This document shows, piece after piece, positions 17,131 to 26,273 of a stretch of 64,000 nt of DNA. The stretch covers positions 1,245-65,244 of the IMG/VR virus record IMGVR_UViG_3300031857_000144; one strand, written 5' to 3'. The stretch's first letter is position 1. Every line of letters begins with the position of its first letter. Source of the stretch: a virus (lineage: Duplodnaviria > Caudoviricetes). The notes beneath the pieces were generated by a model. It worked only from the letters and a program-made list of their open reading frames with translations, had not been told where the DNA came from and made no database searches. Both the position numbers and the translations under genes were made by a program.

Positions 17131-17159
17131 ATTATAGCCTAATACTTTCTGTGTGTCAA
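17131..17159 (-). promoter_or_regulatory. Perfect-consensus sigma70 early promoter
   Basis: TTGACA-N17-TATAAT. Confidence 0.9.
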
Positions 17160-17207
17160 GCTTTCCATATGATGTCACATAGGATTTGAGAGCTACCACG
17201 TGTGACT

Positions 17208-17264
17208 GCCTATTTTTTAAGCTGCTTATTTTTTAGGCAGTGGGTTGTTGCCTATTTTTTAGGC
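17208..17264. promoter_or_regulatory. Three Fis-like binding sites
   Basis: GCCTATTTTTTAAGC, GCTTATTTTTTAGGC, GCCTATTTTTTAGGC fit G-N2-YA-W5-TR-N2-C. Confidence 0.55.
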
Positions 17265-17274
17265 AGGGGTGTGG

Positions 17275-17620
17275 GCTTTGTTCACAAAATGGGCGGATTT
17301 GTTCAAGATGTTCCGGAAAGCGAAACATAGCTTTTGCCCTGTGTTTTCAACGGATGTCATATGGGTTTTGCATTTTGTTCACTTGTTCCGTGAAAATACA
17401 CGCTGCCAAATAAAATGAAAAAAGTAGAGCACACAGAAATTTCTTGCTACCACGTGTGAGAGAGAAAAAAATTTTTAGAATCTGTTGTGTTATCTCGGAA
17501 CATTGGAACATTGGAACAAATATAAATATAACAACAACAAAAACTAATAAAAACAAAGACTTATGCCAAAAAAAGCTTGTTCACAAATCTTGGAACATTT
17601 TGAACATTGTGAACAAATAT
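17275..17620. other. Putative replication origin
   Basis: AT-rich non-coding region with many TGTTC/GAACA repeats in both orientations. Confidence 0.5.
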
Positions 17621-17642
17621 CAATCTGCTAACTTCGCCATCA

Positions 17643-17667
17643 AAACTTACTGTCTGACAGTAAGTTT
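17643..17667. promoter_or_regulatory. Palindromic operator (perfect 12-1-12)
   Basis: AAACTTACTGTC-T-GACAGTAAGTTT. Confidence 0.8.
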
Positions 17668-17838
17668 GCCCGTGCTCAGCCACTGCGGTGACACCAGTTC
17701 CACCTCGCGCGGCGCGCGCACTCTCCGCCTCCCTCTCTCCTACTGAGTGCCTCGTGGGCTTCGCCCTGCCCGCCCACCCTCCAATTGCATTGACACCAGT
17801 TCTCACTGCGCTTCGCGCAGTCACGAAAACGCAGGCGC

Positions 17839-17861
17839 AAAAAAAGCCCGCTTTCGCGGGC
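17839..17861 (-). terminator. Rho-independent terminator
   Basis: GCCCGC-GAAA-GCGGGC-T7. Confidence 0.88.
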
Positions 17862-17869
17862 CGGGTTAA

Positions 17870-18496
17870 TTATTCGCCGTCGAATTCGTCGAGCGCGTCG
17901 ATGAGCGCCAAGCATAGGCCGCTATATTCTTCCGTCGATTTCATTTTATTAATCAAATCGCGCAGGGTTTGCGCGGCCTTTTTGGCGCTACCCTTACGCG
18001 CTATCGTGCACTGGTACGTGGTAGCGGTTTCGCTTGCCTCGACATGCGTTGCTTTTTTGGTATCAGCTTTTGGTGCGGTTTGCGCACCCTTTTTTGCTGT
18101 TTCTTTTTTGGCATCGGCCTTGCGATAAGCATTTTCGCTATATTCTTTGCCGCTTGAAACCGCTTTGCGAAACGCTAACAGCGCGTTAGCTTTAGTTGAT
18201 GCAGCTACCTTGCCAGTGAAACGCGCGGCAAGAAAAGCTTTTGCAAGTGGACATTTACGCGCATCACCTATTACTACTTTGGCATCACGCAGCATGCCCG
18301 CGATTTTGTTGAAATACTCTTGATTGTCCTGAATTACTTTCGACAATCCACCGGCTTCACGCGCTAACTCAATATGCGCTTTTGTTGCAATATATGTAAC
18401 TGCGGAAGGTTTCGCGGTATCGCGTTTCGATTGTGACAATGTCTTAACAGCTTGGTCGATAGCGTTAACGATTTTGGTTTTGGTCTTGGTTGTCAT
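17870..18496 (-). CDS. Basic Ala/Lys-rich early protein
   Basis: Has its own promoter and terminator; start MTTKTK. Confidence 0.75.
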   Translation of the reverse strand: MTTKTKTKIVNAIDQAVKTLSQSKRDTAKPSAVTYIATKAHIELAREAGGLSKVIQDNQEYFNKIAGMLRDAKVVIGDARKCPLAKAFLAARFTGKVAASTKANALLAFRKAVSSGKEYSENAYRKADAKKETAKKGAQTAPKADTKKATHVEASETATTYQCTIARKGSAKKAAQTLRDLINKMKSTEEYSGLCLALIDALDEFDGE

Positions 18497-18552
18497 AATG
18501 ATCACCTTATTAAAAAGTTACTACACGCTGCATCCGTTGATGCAGTAACGAC

Positions 18553-18581
18553 ATTAGACCATAAAGCTTTCCTACTGTCAA
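18553..18581 (-). promoter_or_regulatory. sigma70 promoter
   Basis: TTGACA-N17-TCTAAT. Confidence 0.7.
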
Positions 18582-18594
18582 GCTTTCCTGGAAG

Positions 18595-18612
18595 TTACTG
18601 TCAGACAGTAAG
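18595..18612. promoter_or_regulatory. Palindromic operator copy
   Basis: TTACTGTC-A-GACAGTAAG just upstream of the -35. Confidence 0.75.
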
Positions 18613-18744
18613 TTTCGGCATCCCGTGACCCCACCGTACCCCTACCCCCCGCTACGCAGGATGGGACTCCGCCCCGCCCCTTGCGTTGTGTTTTACACAT
18701 CCCGTCACCACTTCTCCACAACTACATACTAAAATGACAACATA

Positions 18745-18808
18745 TAACTTAAACCCGCTACACTGTTAACTTAAACCCGCTACACTGTTAACTTAAACCC
18801 GCTACACT
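18745..18808. repeat. 22-bp tandem repeat x3
   Basis: TAACTTAAACCCGCTACACTGT at 18745 and 18767, third copy (20 nt) at 18789. Confidence 0.95.
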
Positions 18809-18882
18809 ATGCATAGGGGGTGCTGCTATTGTTAATTTATTAACAAGCCGTCAAGGGTAGAATTAGTAGTACCCCCACCCCC

Positions 18883-18910
18883 TTGCAAAAAACCCAAGCA
18901 GGGATATACT
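18883..18910 (+). promoter_or_regulatory. Candidate promoter for packaging/structural operon
   Basis: TTGCAA-N16-TATACT. Confidence 0.5.
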
Positions 18911-19007
18911 GCGCAAATTAGAAACACCCCCCTTGCCTTTTTATTTAGGTACCATGTGGCGGGGGGTATGTAAAAAATCTGCGAAAGCAGAACATGACAA
19001 TTTGCCT

Positions 19008-19616
19008 ATGCCCCTCGTCATCACACCTGAAGTTGGCATACCACTACCACTGGACGTAACGCCGGAGGAGGTGGAGCAGTTTCGTGAACGAGCAGCCGCC
19101 GCATGCGCGACACTCCAAGAACTTATGAACGAGGGTGCGGAGGTCGAAGTAACGGATGAAGACAGCGTGGATGCACACCACCTATTCACCGAGCAGAAAG
19201 CATTCAATGTCGCCAAGACTCCTCCCGGCGCTATCCTCAAATTAGAGTCACTCCTGACACATTACGATCACGAGTTCCTCGGTGCCAACCGCCGCATTGC
19301 CAATTACGTCACAAACCGGCTCCTTGAAGAGACGGAAGACGAAGACCCCAAAGTCAGATTGAAAGCCCTAGAACTGCTGGGTAAACGCAGAGGTGTGAAC
19401 CTGTTCAGCGAACAGATGGAGATCACCATAAAACAAAAGTCTACTGCCGACCTTGAAGGCGAGTTAGTGACGCTCTTGGAGAAATACATGGGGAATGCCG
19501 AGGTGATAGAAAACACCGCCCGGCCTAAACCTTTGATCGACCTAGACGCGGAATTGGCGGCACTGGATGACCCAGAACCCAGCACAACCGAACCTGCTAC
19601 AGACGCTTCAGACTAA
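19008..19616 (+). CDS. terS: Terminase small subunit (putative)
   Basis: Position before TerL; DPKVRLKALELLGK...LFSE motif. Confidence 0.65.
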   Translation: MPLVITPEVGIPLPLDVTPEEVEQFRERAAAACATLQELMNEGAEVEVTDEDSVDAHHLFTEQKAFNVAKTPPGAILKLESLLTHYDHEFLGANRRIANYVTNRLLEETEDEDPKVRLKALELLGKRRGVNLFSEQMEITIKQKSTADLEGELVTLLEKYMGNAEVIENTARPKPLIDLDAELAALDDPEPSTTEPATDASD

Positions 19617-21102
19617 CCCCGCCCTGCTTAACACCCTCCCGCAAGAAGTCCAGATCAAGGCAGCGGAGTTGTTGGAGGAGTTGGGGGCGAGGAAAGCGGC
19701 AGATGCGGCTAAACTAGACTTCATGGCGTTCGTCCATAAGGTCTGGCCTTCCTTTATTGATGGGGCACACCATGCGAAGATGGCTAGAGCGTTTGAAAGG
19801 GTGGCTCGGGGAGAGTGCAAACGACTCATCATCAACATGCCACCACGGCACACGAAGTCAGAATTCGCCTCATACCTGCTGCCAGCGTGGTTTCTGGGCA
19901 ATTTTCCTCACAAAAAGGTAATTCAAACGTCTCATACAGCAGAGCTTGCTGTCGGTTTTGGTCGAAAAGTCCGTAACTTGGTGGACAGCGACGTATACAA
20001 AGACGTTTTTACCGAGACTTCACTGCAATCTGACTCCAAAGCGGCGGGTCGATGGAACACATCCAAGGGCGGTGACTACTTCGCTATCGGTGTGGGCGGT
20101 GCTGTGACCGGTAAGGGTGCGGATATTCTGATTATTGATGACCCGCACAGCGAACAAGAGGCTGCATTAGCCGAGGTGAACCCGGAAATCTACGATAAGA
20201 CCTACGAATGGTACACATCGGGGCCGCGTCAGCGTCTCCAGCCGGGTGGATCGATCATCATAGTGATGACACGCTGGTCAAAGAAGGACTTGACGGGTCA
20301 AGTATTGAAAGCCGCTGCGCAACGCGACGGCGATGAGTGGGAAGTCATCGAATTTCCGGCGATTCTGCCCTCTGGCAACCCACTTTGGCCTGAGTTTTGG
20401 TCAATTAAAGAACTCCAAGCCCTGAAAAATGAACTGCCCAACCAGAAATGGATGGCGCAGTACATGCAGAACCCCACTTCCGAGTCTGCTGCGATCATCA
20501 AGCGTGAATGGTGGCAGGAATGGGAGCAAGATCACCCGCCGCAGTGTGAATTTGTGCTGCAAAGCTGGGATACGGCGTTCGAAAAACATAACCGTGCTGA
20601 CTATTCGGCATGCACCACGTGGGGAGTCTTCTATCAGGAGGACGACAGCGGGGTAATGCAGGCCAACATCATCCTCCTAAACGCCTTCCGCAGACGCATG
20701 GAGTTTCCGGAGCTAAAGAAGAAGGCGATTGAAGAGTTCAAGGAGTGGGAGCCGGACTCAATCATCATCGAGAAGAAAGCATCCGGGGCACCGCTTATCT
20801 ACGAGATGAGATCAATGGGTATACCGGTGGCGGAGTTCACGCCGGGCAAAGGCAATGACAAGATCAGCCGGTTAAATGCGGTATCAGACATTTTTGCAAG
20901 TAGTCGCGTCTGGGTACCCAACACACATTGGGCGGAAGAAGTGGTGGACGAGGTAGCATCCTTCCCCGGCGGGGAACATGATGACTATGTTGACTCGGTA
21001 TCTCTCGCATTGATGCGCTTCCGCAGAGGCGGGTACATTCGCTCGGTACTAGACGAGCCGGAAGAAGTGCCGGAGTTTAGACGCAAGAAAGCTTATTACT
21101 AA
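19567..21102 (+). CDS. terL: Terminase large subunit
   Basis: NMPPRHTKS, IIDDP, MTRW, QSWDTA, HDDYVDS. Confidence 0.95.
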   Translation: MTQNPAQPNLLQTLQTNPALLNTLPQEVQIKAAELLEELGARKAADAAKLDFMAFVHKVWPSFIDGAHHAKMARAFERVARGECKRLIINMPPRHTKSEFASYLLPAWFLGNFPHKKVIQTSHTAELAVGFGRKVRNLVDSDVYKDVFTETSLQSDSKAAGRWNTSKGGDYFAIGVGGAVTGKGADILIIDDPHSEQEAALAEVNPEIYDKTYEWYTSGPRQRLQPGGSIIIVMTRWSKKDLTGQVLKAAAQRDGDEWEVIEFPAILPSGNPLWPEFWSIKELQALKNELPNQKWMAQYMQNPTSESAAIIKREWWQEWEQDHPPQCEFVLQSWDTAFEKHNRADYSACTTWGVFYQEDDSGVMQANIILLNAFRRRMEFPELKKKAIEEFKEWEPDSIIIEKKASGAPLIYEMRSMGIPVAEFTPGKGNDKISRLNAVSDIFASSRVWVPNTHWAEEVVDEVASFPGGEHDDYVDSVSLALMRFRRGGYIRSVLDEPEEVPEFRRKKAYY

Positions 21103-21111
21103 GGATAGATT

Positions 21112-23568
21112 ATGGCTATTGATAAAGCATTAAACCGTGCGCCGCTAGGGCTGGACGCAATGGGTATGGGGGCCGATGAGCCTGCACTGGAGATTGAGAT
21201 TGAAGACCCAGAGTCGGTAACGATAGGTATGCCGGGGCTGGAGATTGAGATTGAGCCGGGTAACGACGAGGACGATGAGTTCAACGCTAACCTCGCTGAG
21301 AAGATCAGTGAAGACGCGCTGGAGACTCTAGCAGGTGAACTGACGGGTGACTTTGAGGATGACGTGGGCAGTCGCAAAGACTGGATGCAGACTTACGTCG
21401 ATGGCCTTGAGCTACTGGGCATGAGACTGGAGGAGCGCAGTGAACCGTGGGAAGGCGCTTGCGGGGTTTACCATCCCCTTCTATCTGAGGCTTTGGTTAA
21501 GTTCCAATCCGAGACGATTATGGCGACGTTCCCGGCGAGTGGCCCGGTTAAGACGCAGATCATTGGAAAGGAGACCACTCAGAAGAAGGAAGCTGCGGAG
21601 CGTGTCCAGAACGACATGAACTATCAGCTTACTGAGGTGATGACCGAGTACCGCAGTGAGCATGAGCGCATGCTGTGGGGCTTGGGCCTGTCGGGTAATG
21701 CGTTCAAGAAGGTGTACTACGACCCATCGCTAGAGCGTCAGGTCTCTATCTTTGTGCCTGCGGAAGATGTGGTTGTGCCTTACGGCTCGGAGACTTTGCA
21801 AAATGCGCCGCGTGTAACCCACGTGATGCGCAAGACCGAGAACGAGCTAAAGAAACTGCAAGTCGCAGGCTTCTACCGTGATGTTGACCTTGGCCCTCCG
21901 ATGAACACATTGGATGATGTCGAGAAGAAGATCGCGGAAAAAATGGGCTTCCGTGCTACCACCGATGACCGCTACAAGCTCCTTGAGATGCAAGTTGATC
22001 TGGACTTGGAAGGGTTTGAGAGCGAGGACGGCGTAGCGTTGCCTTACATCGTCACGATGGAGAAGGGTAGCGGCACTATTCTGGCAATCCGTCGCAACTG
22101 GGAACCAGACGATGACACCCATCAGAAGCGAACCCACTTTGTTCATTACGGCTACATACCGGGGTTTGGCTTCTACTACTTTGGCCTGATCCACTTGATT
22201 GGCGCGTACGCCAAGTCGGGCACTTCCATCCTTCGTCAACTTGTTGACGCGGGTACGCTGTCAAACCTGCCGGGCGGTCTAAAGACCAAAGGAATGCGTA
22301 CCAAGGGAGACGATACTCCGATCTCTCCGGGAGAATGGCGCGACGTGGACGTGGCCTCCGGCACCATACGCGACAACATCTTGCCGCTGCCATATAAAGA
22401 GCCATCACTTGTCCTGAAGCAGTTGATGGATCAGATCGTTGACGAAGGTCGGCGCTTTGCTTCCGCTGCTGATTTGCAGGTCTCTGATATGTCGGCGCAG
22501 GCTCCTGTTGGAACGACACTCGCACTGCTGGAGCGTCAACTAAAAGTGATGTCGGCAGTTCAGGCGCGTATTCACTTTGCGATGAAGCAAGAGTTCAAGC
22601 TCTTAAAGAACATCATCGCGGCGTATGCCCCAACAGAGTACAGCTACGAACCAGAAGAAGGCCCACGTCGCGCACGTCAACAAGACTATGCAAACGTCGA
22701 TGTGATTCCGGTATCTGATCCGAATGCGGCGACGATGTCGCAGAAGGTGGTTCAGTACCAAGCAGTCATGCAGATGGCGCAAGCTAATCCGCAAATCTAT
22801 GACATGGTCGAGTTAAACAAGCAGATGTTGGAAGTTCTAGGTATTAAGAACGTCCATAAGCTTGTACCTGCTTCAGAAGATCAGAAGCCAAAAGACCCTG
22901 TGTCAGAGAACATGGCAATCCTGAACATGAAGCCGGTTAAGGCATTTATGTATCAAGACCATGAAGCGCATCTCCAAGTGCACATCTCTGCTATGAGAGA
23001 CCCAAAAATTGCGCAACTTATTGGGCAAAACCCACAAGCTCCCGCAATTATGGCAGCGGCTATGGCTCACATTAATGAGCACGTCGCGTTTGAATATCGC
23101 AAACAGATCGAAGAGCAGTTGGGTATTCCGGTTGATATTCCTGATTATGAGGATGGCGAGACTATTCCAGAAGAGATGGAGGTTCAAATCAGCCGCATGA
23201 TGGCGATGGCAGCAGATAAATTGGCGCAAAAGAATCAAGCGGAAGCCGCACAGCAGCAAGCACAACAAGCTGCACAAGACCCGATTGTTCAGATGCAACA
23301 ACAAGAGTTGCAGATCAAACAGCAGGAATTGCAGCTTAAAGCTCAGAAACTTCAGATCGATGCAACTGCTCAAGCGGATAAGTTGGATCTTGAGAAAGAT
23401 CGTATCGAAGCGCAGAAAGAAATTGCTGGTATGCAGATTGGTGCTAAGACAGCTAAAGATAAAGCTGAACTTGAAGCCCGAATGGAGGAATCTGGAGTCC
23501 GTATTGGCGCAGATATAGCTAGAGCACGTGCAGAAATATCGCGGCGTTCACCAAATACAAAGGAGTAA
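21112..23568 (+). CDS. Portal protein (P22-like)
   Basis: 818 aa after TerL; HPLLSEA, AFKKVYYD, Q-rich C-terminal barrel. Confidence 0.88.
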   Translation: MAIDKALNRAPLGLDAMGMGADEPALEIEIEDPESVTIGMPGLEIEIEPGNDEDDEFNANLAEKISEDALETLAGELTGDFEDDVGSRKDWMQTYVDGLELLGMRLEERSEPWEGACGVYHPLLSEALVKFQSETIMATFPASGPVKTQIIGKETTQKKEAAERVQNDMNYQLTEVMTEYRSEHERMLWGLGLSGNAFKKVYYDPSLERQVSIFVPAEDVVVPYGSETLQNAPRVTHVMRKTENELKKLQVAGFYRDVDLGPPMNTLDDVEKKIAEKMGFRATTDDRYKLLEMQVDLDLEGFESEDGVALPYIVTMEKGSGTILAIRRNWEPDDDTHQKRTHFVHYGYIPGFGFYYFGLIHLIGAYAKSGTSILRQLVDAGTLSNLPGGLKTKGMRTKGDDTPISPGEWRDVDVASGTIRDNILPLPYKEPSLVLKQLMDQIVDEGRRFASAADLQVSDMSAQAPVGTTLALLERQLKVMSAVQARIHFAMKQEFKLLKNIIAAYAPTEYSYEPEEGPRRARQQDYANVDVIPVSDPNAATMSQKVVQYQAVMQMAQANPQIYDMVELNKQMLEVLGIKNVHKLVPASEDQKPKDPVSENMAILNMKPVKAFMYQDHEAHLQVHISAMRDPKIAQLIGQNPQAPAIMAAAMAHINEHVAFEYRKQIEEQLGIPVDIPDYEDGETIPEEMEVQISRMMAMAADKLAQKNQAEAAQQQAQQAAQDPIVQMQQQELQIKQQELQLKAQKLQIDATAQADKLDLEKDRIEAQKEIAGMQIGAKTAKDKAELEARMEESGVRIGADIARARAEISRRSPNTKE

Positions 23569-23571
23569 TCA

Positions 23572-23766
23572 GTGGACAAAACACTGGCAATCATCAAAGA
23601 ACGTATCAATGAGAAACAAGCTCAGCTTGCTCACGCAGTAAGCGAAGGCACAATGAAAGATTTCGCAGAGTATCGCGCAATCTGCGGGGAGATTCGGGGT
23701 CTATCCATCGCAGAAGGTTTTATCTTAGACCTTGCAGACCAGATGGAGCATAACCAAGATGAGTGA
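23572..23766 (+). CDS. Small conserved protein
   Basis: KDFAEYRAICGEIRGL motif typical after portal genes. Confidence 0.75.
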   Translation: MDKTLAIIKERINEKQAQLAHAVSEGTMKDFAEYRAICGEIRGLSIAEGFILDLADQMEHNQDE

Positions 23767-24151
23767 AATCATTATCGCCACTGAACATGGCGAGGTTCCG
23801 CAAGAAGCGGAAGAAAAAGCAAAGCAACTCCCTAAACCGTCGGGGTATCACATCCTCGTCGCATTGCCGGACATTGAAGAGTCATTTGAAAGCGGCATTA
23901 TCAAATCGGATGAGACTAGGCGATTTGAAGAAGTGCTTGCAACGGTGTTTTTTGTCGTTGATCTTGGCCCCGACTGCTACAGCGATAAGGAGCGGTTCCC
24001 AAGTGGCCCGTGGTGCAAGAAGGGTGACTTTATTCTGGCCCGCCCGAATAGCGGTACCCGCTTAAAGATTCACGGTAAAGAGTTCCGCATGATCAATGAC
24101 GATACGGTGGAAGCAGTTGTAGAAGACCCCCGTGGCATCCGCCGCGCATAA
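23759..24151 (+). CDS. GroES-like co-chaperonin
   Basis: PSGYHILV, SGII, LGPDCY, WCKKGD, FRMINDD. Confidence 0.85.
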   Translation: MSEIIIATEHGEVPQEAEEKAKQLPKPSGYHILVALPDIEESFESGIIKSDETRRFEEVLATVFFVVDLGPDCYSDKERFPSGPWCKKGDFILARPNSGTRLKIHGKEFRMINDDTVEAVVEDPRGIRRA

Positions 24152-24160
24152 GGAGAAAGC

Positions 24161-25117
24161 ATGGAAAAAGTTGAATTTGAGTTTCCCGATGAAAAAGAAG
24201 CCAAAGCCGGTGGCGCGGTTGAGGCTAAGCAAAATGACATCGATTTTGAGATAGAAGACGATACCCCGGAAGAGGATCGTGGTCGGGAGCCGTTACCCAA
24301 GCACATCGTCGAAGAGCTTGAGCAGGATGAATTGGAGGACTACTCCGAGAAGGTAAAAATCCGCCTGAAGCAGATGAAGAAGGTGTTTCACGACGAACGC
24401 CGGGATAAGGAACAAGCTCATCGGGAGCGTCAGGCTGCGGAAGACCTTGCGAAGCGTATCCTTGAAGAAAATAAAGCTCTCAAAGGAAAGCTTTCTGAAG
24501 GGGAAAAACACTACATTCAAACCTATCAGTCGGCGGTTGAACTGGAGTTGGATGCAGCTAAACGCGCCTATCGGGAAGCCTATGATGCAGGTGACACCGA
24601 TAAAGTAATTGATGCGCAAGAGCGCCTCAATGCTGCTCAGTTTAAGTTACAAAAAGCAAAAGACTACGTACCCTCTTTACAATATGAGCAAGATGAGGTA
24701 CAAACCAACCCAGAAGTCCCAGTGGCTCGTCCTGACCCAAGGGCAGTTGCGTGGCAAGAGCGCAATACTTGGTTCGGTCAAGACGAGGAGATGACCAGTC
24801 TTGCACTTGGGCTACACCAAAAGCTGGTCAAACAGTACGGAAATCAGTACACGTCCACCGACGAGTATTGGCAGAAGATTGACGCCACAATGCGCCAACG
24901 CTTCTCGGACTACTTCCAAAGTGATTCTTCGCCGCAACCTGAAAGGGCTGCGCCGCGCACAGAAAAGCCGTCCACGGTCGTGGCACCTGCGACCCGTAGC
25001 ACATCCTCCAAAAAGATAGTGCTTAAGCAATCGCAGTTGAACCTTGCAAAACGTCTGGGGTTAAGCCCAGAGCAGTATGCCCGTGAACTAATGAAAATGG
25101 AGGCCAAAAATGGCTGA
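24161..25117 (+). CDS. Scaffolding protein (putative)
   Basis: Acidic coiled coil; C-terminal AKRLGLSPEQYA; upstream of capsid genes. Confidence 0.7.
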   Translation: MEKVEFEFPDEKEAKAGGAVEAKQNDIDFEIEDDTPEEDRGREPLPKHIVEELEQDELEDYSEKVKIRLKQMKKVFHDERRDKEQAHRERQAAEDLAKRILEENKALKGKLSEGEKHYIQTYQSAVELELDAAKRAYREAYDAGDTDKVIDAQERLNAAQFKLQKAKDYVPSLQYEQDEVQTNPEVPVARPDPRAVAWQERNTWFGQDEEMTSLALGLHQKLVKQYGNQYTSTDEYWQKIDATMRQRFSDYFQSDSSPQPERAAPRTEKPSTVVAPATRSTSSKKIVLKQSQLNLAKRLGLSPEQYARELMKMEAKNG

Positions 25118-25559
25118 AAACAGACTCACTCGTGAACTTGAAACTCGTACCGTGCAGGAACGCCCAAAGCAGTGGGCCCCACCTGAGCTTCTCCCTGAAC
25201 CAGATAAGCAGCCCGGTTTCGCGTACAGATGGATTCGCGTCTCGACTTTGAACAACGCTGACCCACGTAACCTATCCGCCAAACTGCGGGAGGGCTGGGA
25301 GCCAGTCAAGATCGAGGAGCAACCAAAATTTCAACTGCTAATCGACCCGAATAGTCGCTTTAAGGACAACGTCGAGGTCGGTGGGTTGTTACTTTGCAAG
25401 ACTCCGGAAGAGTTGGTAGCTCAGCGTAATGGCTACTACCAGAAACAGTCCGAAGGACAGATGGAGTCTGTAGATAACAGCCTGATGCGCCAGAACGATC
25501 CAAGGATGCCGCTGTTTAATGAGCGGAAATCTTCAAGTTCGTTCGGGAAAGGAAATTAA
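25110..25559 (+). CDS. Conserved head-region protein
   Basis: YRWIR..., REGWEPV, VGGLLLCK. Confidence 0.75.
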   Translation: MAENRLTRELETRTVQERPKQWAPPELLPEPDKQPGFAYRWIRVSTLNNADPRNLSAKLREGWEPVKIEEQPKFQLLIDPNSRFKDNVEVGGLLLCKTPEELVAQRNGYYQKQSEGQMESVDNSLMRQNDPRMPLFNERKSSSSFGKGN

Positions 25560-25580
25560 TCTCAACTTTTGGAGTCCAAC

Positions 25581-26261
25581 ATGGCATACCCGACTGTAAA
25601 TGCCCCCTACGGGCTAAAGCCGATCAATTTGATCGGCGGTCAGGTGTTCGCGGGCCAGACTCGTGAACTCCCGATTGCAAGCAACTACGGTACCGTCATC
25701 AATAACGGCGATATTGTCCGTTTAGATGGTGGCACTATTGTTAAAGAAACCGGTACGACTACCGTTAACGCCAACGGCGTGACCGGTGTGTTCCTCGGTG
25801 TTAGCTACACCAACCCCTCGACTGGTCAGAAGCTGTTCGCTAACTCGTATCCGGGTAGTGTTGTTGCTTCGGACATCGTGGCTTATGTGGCTGATGACCC
25901 TGACCAACTGTTCAAGGTCGCTGTGACTGGCGGTGCAACTTCGACCACCATCACCCCGATTGCGGGCACGATCTTGGGCAATAACTTGGCTATTTCGCAG
26001 CCAGCCTCGAACACCACCATTTCGGGTAACTCGAATATCGGTGCTTATGATTCGGGCAGCAACACTGCGCAAACTTTGCCGTTCCGTGTTGTTGGTCTTG
26101 TAGAAGAGACTACCAACTCCAGCGGTAACTACAGCGAAGTTATTGTTAAGTGGAATGCTCCGTACCCAACCATCACTATCGACTTCACGGCTGAAACCGC
26201 GTCGGTAACTATGGCTGGCGGTCATTCGTATCTGAACCCGGTTGGACCTGACAGCGTATAA
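25581..26261 (+). CDS. Capsid decoration/cement protein (putative)
   Basis: PYGLKP, GDIV, GVFLG, DDPDQLF; directly before the MCP. Confidence 0.65.
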   Translation: MAYPTVNAPYGLKPINLIGGQVFAGQTRELPIASNYGTVINNGDIVRLDGGTIVKETGTTTVNANGVTGVFLGVSYTNPSTGQKLFANSYPGSVVASDIVAYVADDPDQLFKVAVTGGATSTTITPIAGTILGNNLAISQPASNTTISGNSNIGAYDSGSNTAQTLPFRVVGLVEETTNSSGNYSEVIVKWNAPYPTITIDFTAETASVTMAGGHSYLNPVGPDSV

Positions 26262-26273
26262 GGGAGTTAAATC

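Noticed and set aside
17347-18157. ORFs 17347-17556, 17444-17746, 17561-17824 and 17688-18128
   Set aside because: Low-complexity or antisense frames over the regulatory/origin region, without RBS
14979-18612. LexA/SOS boxes
   Set aside because: CTGT and ACAG are separated by 3 nt, not 8
18745-18808. Mini-CRISPR
   Set aside because: Repeats are directly adjacent with no spacers
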